Source: Zygnema circumcarinatum SAG 698-1b (taxonomy: Eukaryota > Plantae > Zygnematophyceae). From it: a stretch of DNA of 64,000 nt. Location of the stretch: NCBI GenBank assembly GCA_037447605.1, contig CM074804.1:124001-188000 (forward strand), written 5' to 3'. Position 1 is the stretch's first letter. Each line of letters begins with the position of its first letter. This document shows positions 31,380-52,036 of this stretch, in pieces. A program made the position numbers and the translations under genes. A model generated the notes under the pieces. That model was not told where the DNA came from. It ran no database searches and was given only the letters and a program-made list of their open reading frames with translations.

Positions 31380-33957
31380 AATTGTAAGTGAACAGCAGTC
31401 AACGTTGTACGGCACTTTTTGTCGCGCAGCGGTTGCTATTGATCCGTATGGCGGTGGATCCCGATCGGATCTGGGCCGATTGGACGGTGTGGGGACCAGC
31501 TGGCGCCATGTGCCGCCACGTGGCGGTAGAGGCAACACCGGCACCGGTTGCCACGTCACACGCTCAGGCCTCGGAGGCGGGCGGGGGAGGGCTGTTGCCG
31601 GGCCCATCGGACGGCTGTGGATATCCGCACTTGCAAGAGACGCATCCGCGCGAGCTGCGGTGGCTTGTCGCGAGTCACTTTCGTTTATCCCGCAAACGCC
31701 AAAAGAAGGCGAGTACCGTACTTGTTTGTCGTTTTCTTTTCGGGAGAACGGACCGCCCCTTGTGGGCTCACCCCCACGCGCCGGTCCCGGGCCCGAGAGG
31801 CGTGGTCGCCGCTGGGAAAAGGAAAGGCCAGGCCGCGTCCTGCCCGAGAAAGGCGGGCAGACAAAACTTACTGACAAATGCAGTCCGTACCGTATGCCGG
31901 GTTTACGGCACCGTACGGGTATTCCAAAAAAAAATTGGGGGGAGGAAAAAACCCGAAGATCGCGGAGGCCGTTTCCCTGTTCTCACGGGGAGGGAAAAAG
32001 AGAGAGGGCGATTTGCAATGCGATTCGGCGGAGGCCTCGATATGTCCGCTTTCTTGTCGTTTCTGCCGAGTTTTGAGCTCAGCGATGTCGGTTTCGCACG
32101 CGTGAATACACGAACCGACAAAAATATGTGGGCCCCACAGGTCACCTCCAGCCCTCGTTTTCCGGCAAGCTCAAAGGTGGCGCAAAGTCCTCCACTGGAA
32201 TCAGGCCACGTTGGAAACCTGTGCGCGTATTGAGCACGTATCTCAAGGAAATGTCGGTGGCTCGACTGTTGGAGTTCAGAAACGTCCATCCGTACGCCTC
32301 ATAAGTACAAATCCGCTCCTGGGCTCCAATTTTGTCGTTTCCCAAAACGACAAAAATCTGCAATTCTTTTCAAACGGAACCCCTTCTGTCTTACTCGCGT
32401 TCACACTGCGGCTGTTTCCCCATTATTCGTCGTTCACATATTCACACGTGCGAAACCTCCCTGGGCCAATCGCATGCACGCAATCTTTTCCCGCGGCTTC
32501 AGTCGGCCTCCCTCCCTCCCGTTCAATCCCGGCGCTCTCCCGCACGTGTCCGTATCGCCCGACAGCAGCGCCACCAATCGTGTCCTTACGTTACACGCGC
32601 GAGAGTGCACGTCCGCGCTCTCCGCCAATCACAGCGCGCGCCGCCCGCGACCAACGGACTTTTTGAAGGTTCAGATCATGCGGGCGATGACGTGGCACTG
32701 CCACGTGACCGCTTCCCTCTTGTAAAATTGCGGAACCGATCGCCGGACGTGGCCCCCTACCGCTCACAGCCAATGGGAGCACGGCACCTGCGACGTGGCG
32801 ACATATGGTTGGTCTTGCCCTCTAGGGTCTGTCGTATTCGCAAAACCGACCAGTCTGGTACAATGTTCGTACGAAATTCGTACACTGGTCGAATAGCGTG
32901 GCAGGGCCGTACAGGGAGACCTGTACGGACACGCTGCGCAGGTTTCCCTTTGTCCGTTTTCGGTTTCCTTTCGGGCAAAACACGGGCAGCCGAAAACTGT
33001 TCGGCTGCCCGGCTAGTCTCGAGCACGTTAGGACGAACAGGTGCGCGGGGCCGGAGCTGCCCAGATGAGCGGGCAGAAAAAGAAACGTTTTAAGCTGCCC
33101 TTCGTCGGCCGCGACGAGGCGGCGCAAATTTGGAGTTCGGCGTCGCGACACGCGTCCTTGCGCTCAGGGGGGCTCCGATGCAGCGCTGACGGGGCAAGCG
33201 AGGCGGGCGTGGGAGGGGAGGGAGAGGGGGAAAGAGAGAGAGCGGGGGAGAGAGAGGGAGAGGGAGAGGGGGAGAGATAGGGGGAGGGAGAGGGAAACGG
33301 ATAGGGAGAGGGAGAGGGGGAGTGGAGAGAGGGGTAGGATTAGAGACAGGATGTTGTTGAGGCAGGGGCACGGAGAGAGGGGGCTAGAGGAAGGAGGAGA
33401 ATAGGAAAGCTCTTTGAGGAGAGTGGTGGAGGGTGAGGTGGTAGGATAGGGGGGAAGGGGAGTCCAGAAAATGGAGAAGCCGACGGGAAGGGCAAAGGAA
33501 AGTAGTGGTAGGAGGACGAAGGGAGTGAGGGAAACAGAGAGGTAGAGAGAGGGAGAGGGCGAGAGACCGGACGTAAACAAGAGAGATGGAATGCGTGCAA
33601 GAGAGATAAAGGAATTCAGAGCGGACACAGAGAGAAAGGCGTTGCAGGAGAGTGGCGACAGCTGGTGCCGTTGAACCACCGCGTCCTCCATTATGTCGTC
33701 CTCGATTCGAGAGAGAGAGAGAGCGTGAGAGCGAGAGAGAGAGAGCGATAGCCAAACTACAAATACATCCCGATACAACCACCCCCCTCCCCCTTCCCCT
33801 GCCTTCCCCCCTCCTCCCCCTCCAACACCTTCTGCCTTTCCCCCGTATGTCCCCCCCTCCTCCACCCCATCCCCATCCCCATCCCCATCCCCATCCCCAT
33901 CCCCAACCCTAACCTTCATCCCCTCCCCCTAACCCTAATCCGGACACCCTCCGTCCC

Positions 33958-41314
<7,357 letters not shown>

Positions 41315-41964
41315 CATTTGGTGGAATTTTTTTGTTTTAGAAAGATAATTTCAGTCCAATCCCGCATTTTTGGGGTTTTTTCTTTCGTCTTCTTCTTCTT
41401 TCTTTTTAATTTAGTCCAATGTTCCAAATGTGTACGAGACCAAATGTATGGTTAACTTGTGCAGTTGGTGTACATTTCTGAGAATTGTTTCGTCGATTTC
41501 TTTCCCAATTGCTGTGCTGTTTTTGGGCATTCGTGGTATCCTCACGTTCCCTGCCATGCAAAAGCCTCCGAGCCATGCGGCCATGCCCTCAGGACATTTC
41601 CCTGGAATGGCAAATTCTCCCTAAAGCAATAACTAACGACTGGTAAGAAATTAGCAGTCGTGCATTGACGAACGAAAGGAAATTTTGTATGACTAAGGGA
41701 GGCTACTAGCCACGGCTAATGACTCAATTTCTAGCCACTAAACTCATAAACTGACATAATGATGACATAAGGATACTAATGAAAAAAAAAAAAACTAATA
41801 CTTGCTAAGAATGACTAACTAAACGATTGTAAAACTTAGTTTCTCATCAACTCCGTCGTGCATTCCGCGAGATGAGAGCAGGCTGCCTTCATGACCTAAC
41901 CCCAATATCAGGAGGCCCTGAATTTTTTCCAGAATCGCCATAAACGAAAGCAGGAAACTCTGTT

Positions 41965-44340
41965 ATGGCTGCTTCCCTCCTTTCCTCGCGAACATTGGCG
42001 TGTCCCTTGGGGGCGCCATGGATGCGTGCTGACTTCCTTCAAGAGGGCCCGGCAGGAAGCCATGGAGTGCGAGATGGGAGGTACGCTTCGAGCCTGCAAC
42101 AGCGCCTTCCTTCAGGAGGAGCTGGATGGGGAGTGAAGGTGAACGCCGGATTTTGCCTCGGGTGAAATGGTAGGCAGAGTGAGGAGGCAGTGAGGGAGAG
42201 GGAGAGGGAGAGAGAGAGGGACAGGAGGGTCGCCAGTGAGGGAATGGAGAGAAGAAGGGGAGACTGTGCGGGAGCATGGGAGAGGAGAAGTAGCCGTAAA
42301 AGAAGCAGGTAAAGCGACAGGGCAGGTACAGGTATAGCAGGGGCAGGGATAACAGGTACATGTCGAACATGTCGCACGCTCAATCTTAAGCCATCCTCTT
42401 TCCTTGCGTTTTGCACTCTCTTGACCTTCGAAATCTGTTTCTGCTGAGGGATATGCAGTTGCAAGGCTGTAGGAGGAGATGCCAGGCAGCAGGGCTCGTG
42501 CGAAGTGGCAGCAGCGATGCAAGTGCTGTTGCAGGGGCAGATACAGAAAGTGCGCTGAAGGAGATGAAGCGCAAGCTGATGCGATCTTTGGGAGGTACAA
42601 AAGCTGGGCAGGTGCGTTAGCAGGTCATAATTGCCATGTCTGTCATCGTCGCCGTCATTGCCATCATCACTCGCACGACATCATCACCATTGTCTCATTA
42701 ACAGTCCCATTGTCATCTATCCGGAATTCTCGCAGAACGTGACGCCCGAGGAGCAGCTGGAGATTCAAGAGATGATTGAGGTGAGCCAATTTCTGTCGCT
42801 CAATGGTTTCATCATGTCCAATAACGTCTTCTTAAAATATTTTTCGTCTTTTAAGCATTTATCAGCTAACTACACACATTACGTGCATGCAAAGCTTTAG
42901 CCAAAACCCAGGATAAATGAAGTACGCGACCACCATAATCAATACTACTTCAACGTTTCGTCTCGACCATTTTTTAGCATTTTTTCCAAATGCATCGTTT
43001 TTCAGGTTTTGGAGGCACGTAATCCCACATCAGATCCGATCAAGTCAGCTCTTATCTCGGGGAAATGGGCGTTGATCTACACGGCTCCGACTTTACGCAG
43101 CAGTGATGGTGCCTCTGTCTCCTCTGGAGATTGGCCTTTCATGTGGGGGCTGACACTCGCTATGAATGCTGTCTTGTAGTTGAAGCTTAAGATTGTAGGG
43201 GGTTATACCGGTTGTCAAGAATAGGCAATGAATCAAGATCCCCGAAGGGAACGACATTTTCTATCTTCAATAACGTTGTTTCTTTCTATTCTTGACGGGT
43301 GACAGAGGTTAAAGTAGACAAGTATGCTGGGACCTTGGAGGGACCATTTCTTGCTCGGTTGAAGCCCGCTACCCTTGGTGCAGTTCGACGGAAGGGCGAA
43401 ATCCAGGTACATGAAGGCTCTCTCCCTTGCATCTTGCAAGTCTTTCTCCTCTTACCAATGGGAGGTTGGGGAGGGGAAGATGTTTCATCAAGGCTCGAGG
43501 AGAGGACATAAACAATCTTGAGACGTTGACATCCCTTTGTGATCCTTACAGCTCATTGGAGCCCGAAGTAGCCTGAGACCCCTAGAAACTCTCTTTCCTC
43601 TGAGAGCCCAGATGTGAACTTTTTTGGGGGGTTCAGACGGTTGATGCAGAAGCAGGAATAATTGACAACACTGCAAGTTTTTCAGTGCTGTCACAGTCAG
43701 GTGAGAAATTCAATGTTCAGTTCCTGCCAAATCCGTAGATTTTGCACCATGAGGTAAGTCTTGGCAATGAAGCACAATGAAGCGAAGGAGGAATTCAATC
43801 ATCCCATCACCGCCTTCATGCAAGAATTGACCACTCTCACTGAAACTCTCTCGCTCTCTCTCCCTCTCTCTCTCTCTCCCTCTCTCTCCCTCTCTCTCTC
43901 TCTCTCTCTTAGCCATGGAGCTGTCTCAGGTTACAGACTCGATATGCTGTCTTCTTCTCAGATGCGGCTAAGGCAGGGTGGGACAGGCTATTTAAGTATT
44001 CGTGGAAAGTTGATAGAGTACCCACCAATCCCAGGTCGAGGCTCTGTACGGCTGGACGTAGTTTTTGAGTCCTTTGTGCTCGCAATCGGTGATAATGTGA
44101 AGGTTACTGTTCCCCTCACCTGGATTAGTCCAAAAGGGTGAGCACCTCCCTCCTGCCTCTGCAATGCCCCAAGCTTTTTTGTTCCTTTCCCCGCATAGCA
44201 AACTCGGAAATTAGCTCTCAGTTGTGAGGCAGTGGAGGGCGTGCAGATGGGTCGAGACAACATTTTTGGATGCTGATCTGAGGATTGTTCGAGGGGATAA
44301 AGGCTCGATTTTCGTCACGTCACGTATTCGAGACCGATGA
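41965..44340 (+). CDS. Plastid lipid-associated (PAP/fibrillin) family protein, multi-exon
   Basis: NVTPEEQLEIQEMIE|VLEARNPT, ISGKWALIYT, and C-terminal GWVETTFLDADLRIVRGDKGSIFV-stop. N-terminus is transit-peptide-like. Middle exons are approximate. Confidence 0.82.
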
Positions 44341-44893
44341 TAGCTGTATCTATGGGGGGCATGTTTTGCCATGTCGAGGCCATCATGGCCTGTAACCTTG
44401 GTTGGAAGCATCCGTTGGATTGGTCTGTCCTCATTGAATGTGTCTCAAACCCTTACTTGTAACTAGTAGAGAAGCGAGAGGAATGTGTGAGTCGTTGATT
44501 GTACAGATTCTTTTGTTGTTGTTGTTAGGGTTTTTTAGGGTCATAAAAACCCTGAAAACCCTAGAAAGGGGCAGTTGCTGATTGTCTTCTCTGCGGAGGA
44601 GAGACGAGTGCAAGGTGTGAGTGAGAGCGATTGTGAGAGAGCGCGAGAGTTGATGCGATGTTGTTTTCAAAGAGTCAACAAGTGCAATGTATGGACCCAT
44701 TGGGGCGTGTGCGCATTTGCAACATTGTGGCGACCATGTGTCACCATGCGACCTTGTTGTTGTGTGGTCAATTCATGGCCATTTGAAGCATGGGAACATG
44801 TGGCCTGACAAGGGTCGCATGCATGCATCCCCAGGATTTGGGGTCCATGCGATCCCCCTCAAATGGGGCCTACTTACGTGGACGACCTTACAA

Positions 44894-45008
44894 TCCAACG
44901 GTCAATGTTGCGCCATCTAACGGTCTGCATCGCTGATATCCAACGGCCAAACGGCCCTATGACCACTTCCCCATATCGACGGTCAGACGCGCAGAAATCC
45001 GACGGTCT
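44894..45008 (+). promoter_or_regulatory. Cluster of MSA-like (YCYAACGGYYA) elements upstream of the glycosyltransferase-like gene
   Basis: Exact matches TCCAACGGTCA (44894) and TCCAACGGCCA (44939), near match TCTAACGGTCT (44916), and GACGG variants at 44976 and 44998. Confidence 0.45.
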
Positions 45009-45436
45009 TGAATGGCTGTCACTGCGAACCTTTCGCTGTTCCGTTCCAAGTTACACAAAAAGCGTAACTTCTGCGCATGTAGACGCACGCGCCTGTGTGC
45101 CAGCCAGGAGGAGAGCGAGCGTGGCAGAGGTAACAGTGTAGCCATGGCGGGCGGAGGGTCCCAGAGCATGCAAGGAGGCGGAGGCTGTTTCCGTCTGAAG
45201 CGTGGCGCCTCCAGCTGCAGGCGCTTTTAAAGGTTCCAGCGTAGGTCGTTGACTCTGCTGGATGATGGAAAGTAGGGTTCCGAAGATGCATTTTTGGGTG
45301 TTTCCGAAGACCATCATTCAGTGCGTTTCAAGAGGGATTTGAAACGGCATTCTTCGTACTTCTTAAGGCGGCCTGTTGCCTCGCTGTGGAATAGCATGCA
45401 CAACAGGCTTTCAGTGGAGAATTTTTAGGGTTCTCC

Positions 45437-48272
45437 ATGTCATCCAGGAAGCTGTTTGACCGAAATCAGTTCTTCTACGTCGTCCTTCTCGCTCTCATCT
45501 TCTCCGGCCTGCTCCGAATTGGCCTCGAATTCCGCGACAGAGACGGGTGCCATGGCCGGGACCAGGGCTTGCATCGGCTACCAGTGAACTCTACATTAGA
45601 AGGTGATAGGGGAGAGGAAGGTGAAAGAGGAGAAGGAGAAGGAGATATTCCTAATGGAGTCTTGCGGAGCCTTCACGGCTTACCTTCGTGGGAGCTTCCT
45701 GAACGCCTCGCTCCGGGCTTTGCTGATCACACAGTGGATCCAGCAAAGTTCCAGCTCCACATCAAATTGTTAACCTATGATAGAGCGGACTCGGTTGAGC
45801 GTTGCTTGAAATCCTTGGAAGCTGCCGCTTATGACGGAGATACGGTGCATCTGGATATCTTCGTGGATCATCCGTTTGATGAACTCAGGAGCAAGTGGAG
45901 TCCCAGTTATGTGAACAAGGTTAAAACTGCGCATGAGGTGTTGAGAAAAGTGGAATCGCTTCCGTGGACTCACGGACAAAAGAAAATTTACTATCGAACT
46001 CATAATGGGGGTATTCAATCGCAGTGGCTGGAGGCATGGTGGCCGAGTTCTGTAAATGAATTTGCATTCATCGTGGAGGATGACATGGAACTGTCGCCAG
46101 CATACTACAAGTATTTCAAGCATTTGGTGGCATTGTATTATTACGATCGATTGAACTACGATCCGGAGATTTATGGGTTGTCGTTTCAACGGCAGTATTT
46201 CGTGCCAGGTGCGGAATTATGGGGGTGGTAGTAGGGTGGGATCGGGGCGAAGAGAGGAAGGGAAGGGAGATGGAAAGGTCTGTAGAAAGACAGTGGAGAG
46301 GGAGAGGGTGTGGGAGAGGCGAGGGAAAAAGGGAGTTTGGAAAAGCTCATTGAGGATACATGGGAGGAGGAGGTGGAGGTGGAGGTGGAGGGAGAAGGAA
46401 AAGAAAGAAGAAAGGAAGGGAAGTAAGGGAGGGAGTGGGTAAAGTAGCATGAAATTGTGGGGCTTTCATAGGTTAAAAATTCACCAAAATAGCAAAAGAA
46501 ATAATATTGAAAAGTTTCTATGCTGGTGTTTATAATGCACGTTTTATGCAGGAGTTGGGGGCAGACAGGTCGGAACCCGTCGCCAACCCTTCCTTTATCA
46601 GCTAGTGGGTACATGGGGGCAGTTCCTGTTCCCTGTTCCGTGGAAGCAGTTCCGTGTGTGGTATGATACACGGCGGCATAATGAGTCGCGGGAGCCCATT
46701 TTGGAAGGCCTCAAAACTACGCAATGGTGGTACAATAAGGTGTGTCTTCTACAGCAAGAATTCAGGGTCTAGTCTTCAAGGGATCGTAAATCCGGAGGGT
46801 CTAGTACTTCATGTTACCAGGCCTTTAGGTTTGTAGAATTGTAAGAAATGTGGGAGGTATCGAGACAAACCTTCTCAAGCTCCCATTGAATGAAGCGAGT
46901 GTTCGAGGGCCTAGAATGAGATAAAATATAAAAGTTTATTGATTAACAGATGGAAATGAAAGAATCAAGTAAAGCTACAAATAAGTGCAACAGCACACGT
47001 GATGCTAAATCGAGGGCTGAGTGAGGCAGGAGTGCAGGGCAACAAGTTGTGGACGCCATGGATCATCAAATGGGCCCATGCGGAGCAAATGTACAACATA
47101 TACACTTTCTTTCCGCGGAATCTGTCTCTCAGTATTTCCCACAGAGAAGTCGGATCAAACTTCCGAATTCACCGAAAGGCGGATGGCCAACTCTTAACAC
47201 TAGAAGACTTCAAAAATCCGTCCAGTGAGTGGGTGGACCTCCCCCCAGCTTTCAACCTGCAGAGGTTTGACTTCTGCTACCATGAAGTGAAGAGGTTGGA
47301 AGCTGCGAGAACCACAGAGGAGCTGCAAACTCTCGTGGAGGGCATTCACCGGGTATGTTTCAGGTTTTGCAGAGTCCAGGCTTTCTGAAATGGAAGAAAA
47401 ACCCGTCCTCTCTGTTGAAGAATGATGCGTTCTCTCCATGCCTCTACTTACCCCTGCTTGCTATGTGGGTTCTTCTCCGTTCTCTCACGCTAACGATTTT
47501 TTTTCCCCTTTTTTTGTTTCCCTACCTGCAATGTAAAATGCAGGCGAAGGCGGTAGCACTCATTATGGTGCCTGTAGGGGGGTACGACCTTGCGCGGAAC
47601 TGGCTCTGCCATATAGAGGGGCTCGATCTGCAGAACTATCTTCTCGTGGTTCCTGAGGAAGAGATTGCCGAAGACTTAGCCAAAAGAGGCCACCCCGTCT
47701 ACTTTCTGCGCCTCAGCAAAGAGCAAAGCAGAGCCTCAGTCTCCCAGAGAGGGAGGGCTCTGCTGAGCTTAGAAGGGGAGTGGACGCAGGAGCACCTCCG
47801 AGTAGCTTTGCTCGTTCTTGCCATGGGGTACAATGTGCTTGTATGCAGCCCCGACACAGTATGGCATGGAAACCCCTTCCGTCAGCTAAAAGACAGCCAG
47901 TTCGACGTACAAGGAGTCCTCGACACGGAATCTCTCAGTCACAGCTTTCTGTTTGTTCGGAGTTCGGAGAAGACCATTGCAGCTTGGGGGGCGCTTCTAC
48001 AGAATGAGCGCCAGGAACGGAAGGTGCTGCAGAGCGTGGGGAGTCAAGTGCTGTCAAAGGCGACGAGCTTTCAGAGACTGTACATGGCGCCCTTCTCCAC
48101 TTTGGAGGATGCAAATCTTACAAGCGGATCCGTGCCCGTGGTGCTAGGAGTGAAGGCACTCACAAAAGAGGAGAAGATTCGGAGGATGGCGCATGCAGGG
48201 CTATGGGTCATAGATGACTATGACCATGCATGCAAGGCGGTCACATGCAGAAAGAAGGGGGTGGCAGTGTGA
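45437..48272 (+). CDS. Type II membrane glycosyltransferase-like protein (plant At5g12260-type), 4 exons: 45437-46208, 46552-46739, 47038-47352, 47544-48272
   Basis: N-terminal TM segment, LLTYDR, QWLEAWWP, FIVEDDMELSP, YQLVGTWGQ, WTPWIIK, FDFCY and C-terminal LWVIDDYDHACKAVTC. Confidence 0.88.
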
Positions 48273-48853
48273 GGGGAGGGAGGGGCAGCGAGGATATTAT
48301 ATTTTTTCTACGGCGGGTTTTAAGGTAAGGTTCGGGGTAGATTACAGGGCTCTGACACGTAACGTTAGGTCCTCAGCTCGATACACTTGTCAGGATGTGA
48401 AAATGAGATTTTGACATTTAGCTTTCCTTCCAGTCAAACTGACTGGTCAGCCAGTTTTTATGTATTGAATGACTGAAATCTTGCCCAACTCTTGGCTTGG
48501 CTAAAATGTTCAAATACTCTTCCGCCTTGGATGTTGCCCTTGGGAGGGAGGGATGGAAAGAGAGGGAGAGGGAGAGAGAGGGGAGGGAGAGGGAGGGGGA
48601 GAGAGTGGGAGTGAGGGGGAGAGGGAGAGGGAGGTGGAGAGATGGAAGCGGAGGAACGGGAGAGAACGAGAGGGGAGAAGGAAACAGGAGAGAGAGGGAG
48701 AGGAGGAGAGGGGAGTGGGACAATTGAAGTTTGACAGTCAACATTCCACAGTGAATATAACAACAGGAAAAACGTCTACTGTATTTTGTCGCGCACGGCT
48801 TCATAAAAATTGCATAGAAGCTTAAGGAAACTTCCTCTCATATGTGCAGAGGG

Positions 48854-51800
48854 CTACATGAGAGCGAGCAGCTTCTGTATTCGGCCCCTTCGCCGGTCCC
48901 TCTCGTCCACACCGTCTACATCGCCAATGTTGTCATGGTACTCCTGATCATGGACGACCAAAACCGGTCAAACTATGACCATGACCACATTTATCCTTGA
49001 CGTGTGACCAAGAGAAAGATACACTTATTTGAACTTCACTTTATTATCCTTTTAGAAGTCGAGCCAGTCCCCAACAGATGCTAGAAGGGGAGTGATTCAA
49101 GTGGAACAAGTTAAGCTGCATATGCGGAACTAGTACCTGCAGGACTGCTTTCACGTCAGTCCGAGAGAGGCGCTGCTGCTTGAGAAGAAGATCCATTCGA
49201 TCTCGCACCCCAGGAAGGCTGCAGCACAATAAACAAAGGCTTAGCTTGGCTGATTTTGTAGCATATGCTTAAGAATGAAAGGAAAAGGACCCGCTCATTA
49301 TTTCCCACGTCCCAACAGATTGCTACAGAGGGCTTCTTAGGTTTCTAAGTCTTATCCTCAACCAGGGTACAGGGTATTGATAGCTAAATGTGAAAATAGA
49401 ACTGGTTTCAGAGGCTTTAGAATTCAGGGATGAGCCACTCACTCTGCTGCCCATATGTGTGCCAGAATGAGAGCCAAAAGCTGCAGTCAATACACGTTAA
49501 CCATCTGTCAGCACACTTCAGAACACCCTCGACACATTGAAGTGGTAGAAACCCTAAAACCTCATTTGCTAGCAGTTCAGTGTGGCAAGGGATGCACCTG
49601 AAGAGTAAAGAGCCCCGCCTCCAGCTTCGCTAAATAGCGTTCGTCCTCTGTCATCTGCCGTAGACACATGTAGTTTCAATCAAGCCTTGCTTCGATAGAC
49701 CCAAAATGATCACATGGTAATGGTTTTATACAATTACATTGACACTGTGATGACACCACGATGGCAAAGTGAAGACGCGGATACAATGCCTTTGCGGCAG
49801 TAATGTTGTGCTGTGGTAATGTGATCATCATCAGATGACAAAAGCCATGAATGAATCACGTTGATGTAAATTAGCATCCATGATAATACAATAATTGTTT
49901 AAACCTACAAAGATGATTATCGACATTCGCAAGATCAGCAGTAGTCGACAATGCTCAGAGCTTTCACTCTACGTACAGAGCAGACAAAAACCCACCTCGA
50001 TATCATCCTGGACTTTCTGCTCTGTTTGCCGCCGTTCCTCATCCATCACCCAGTCTGAATACCTGAAGCCCAAACATCACCAACAGCAAGTGAGTACAAA
50101 AGGAACGGGAGCGTGCGTGACATCAAAACATTTGTGAAAGGAGGAGGAGGAAGAGGGCAAGGAGGTTGGAGGATCATCCGAGAAGCAGACGACGAGGAGT
50201 AGGAAAAGCAAAGGAAGCCAATGATAAGAAACGAAAAAAAGCACAAAGAAAAGAGAGTAATGAAGCCCACACCTCAAGTAGTATTCCATGAGGCGGTCCA
50301 CCTTCTCAAATTCGTCCTCCGTGAATTTGCTGAGCAGGCGTTCCCTCCTTGCTCCCTTGGAAAGACCGCCTGCAGAGCCCTCGTTCACCACAGCATTTCA
50401 CTGCGACCTGTCCCAATCCCTCCATGACCCCCATACGGCCCTCGGATTCTTTGCGAATGACCCAGGACCAGCCTCTCGAATCTACCAAACCATATCCTGA
50501 CTTCTCTCTACCCAACAGAGTCTTCACTACATTAAACAGTTCGAGCAAACGTCCCAGCTCACGACTCTGTAACGAGGGCTAGGAAAATGGACGCACCAAA
50601 AAGATTAGATACTATGGAAATTGAACGCTCGTCAATCTGCTTCTGCAACTGGGCGCTCTCTCCCTTAACCTTACGCTTCACCACAACCTGTCAAGCAGTT
50701 TGAAACATAAGTTCAGCCAAAATACTCGACGTAGCTACCTTCACGCAAAACCGCAGACATCCTCTACTAAACAATGCGAAGTTGATAAAATTGAAGATGC
50801 AAGTGAGAGTCATCCTTTGACAAGCAGTTTTACAAAAACATCAAAAAGAGGTGAAACAACTGTGTAGCTTAGCAACACATGCATGACGTGTTATAATCCA
50901 ACCTTTCCCATGAAGGCAGCGAAGAGCGTCTTCAAGCCGAGGACATCCACGAAACGTTCACAGGCAGCAGGACAGCGTGTTGTCGCAAAGTCAAGAGCTT
51001 TGAGAGCAGATGGAAAGGCTCGTTTTTTTTGCTTGATCACAATAATCATGAGTTCAACGCCTTCAGCCTTCACAAAGCGCTCTTTATTGTCAGCCGGCAT
51101 CACTACACTACACAACGCATCAAACAAATTCTCCACAAGCTCTTCCTCCTCACTGGTCTTCGGATCTCTTGACTTGTACATGGCAACCGCCTGCAAGAGC
51201 GTGTCCACGCCATTCAGCTGCCCGACTCTGCGCTGGTTCTGCACAGAGCTCTGCAAAATAATAGCCAAAATTTCGCTTGCATAGAGCTTATTGCTGTCAA
51301 ACTCGCGCTTTGTAACGCGAGCGAGCAGCCAACGAAGTAGCTTCGTCCGCTCACAAACTAGCTCTGCTACCGCCAGCTTCACTTCCACCATATTCTCCAT
51401 AATGCCGAGTGTCTGGAACACTGCAGCTGCTTCATCTGCATCAGCTTCATCCAAACGCGACAAGTTCTGAACCAGCAATTCCAGAGCATTGTTCTCCACT
51501 AAACTGTCTACCAGAACGAGCGCTTCCTCCTCATTATCTCCAACCACATCGCCATCCGTGAGGTCGTGGAGCAGATTCACAACATCTATGGCGATGTCCG
51601 TATTTTCGTGGCTTAGCAACCCTAAAATCGAGCTGACAGCGTTGTGCCGGACGAGCTCAGGATAATGCTCCGGCGCCCCTGCAAGCGCATGCAGCCGCTT
51701 CACTTCTTCATCCAGTTCCACTTCCGACTCCATGAACCGCTCAGGTTGATCCATAAACTTCATTCTTGCTTCCAAATTCTCTTTCAGTTTCTTCTCAAAT

Positions 51801-52036
51801 GCCAGAATGAGCTTCTTCACGCCTCGAGCGTCAAGAGTCTCTACCACCGTCTGCCTCTCCTTCTCCAGCGCCTCCAGCAGGGCCCAGTCCACCTCCTCTT
51901 CACCTCCTCCTCTTCCTCCTCCTCCCTCCGCCTCCACAGTCGCCATGGCGTGCTGCTGCTGCACCCGAGCTCGAGGAGCACCATTTCCAACACCTTCCGA
52001 GCCCTCCTCCCGCTTGCGCTTCACTTCCCCCGCCAT
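48854..52036 (-). CDS. CTNNBL1: Beta-catenin-like protein 1 (spliceosomal NTC component), 8 exons: 52036-50903, 50687-50597, 50369-50273, 50062-49996, 49654-49598, 49480-49443, 49218-49137, 48943-48854
   Basis: NLEARMKFMDQPERFMESEVELDEE, LLSHENTDIAIDVV, NKLYASEILAI, EKVDRLME, LEAGLFTLQ and EYHDNIGD; all phases consistent. Confidence 0.95.

Noticed and set aside
33164-33919. 251-aa minus-strand ORF (MEDAVVQRHQLSPL...) divergent from the TPR gene
   Set aside because: Mostly the reverse translation of GA-rich sequence; no homology recalled.
44690-44852. Imperfect fold-back (ATGCGACCTTGT / ACAAGGGTCGCAT and outer GGACCC / GGGTCC arms)
   Set aside because: Pairing too interrupted for a miRNA precursor, and no clear TIR or TSD.
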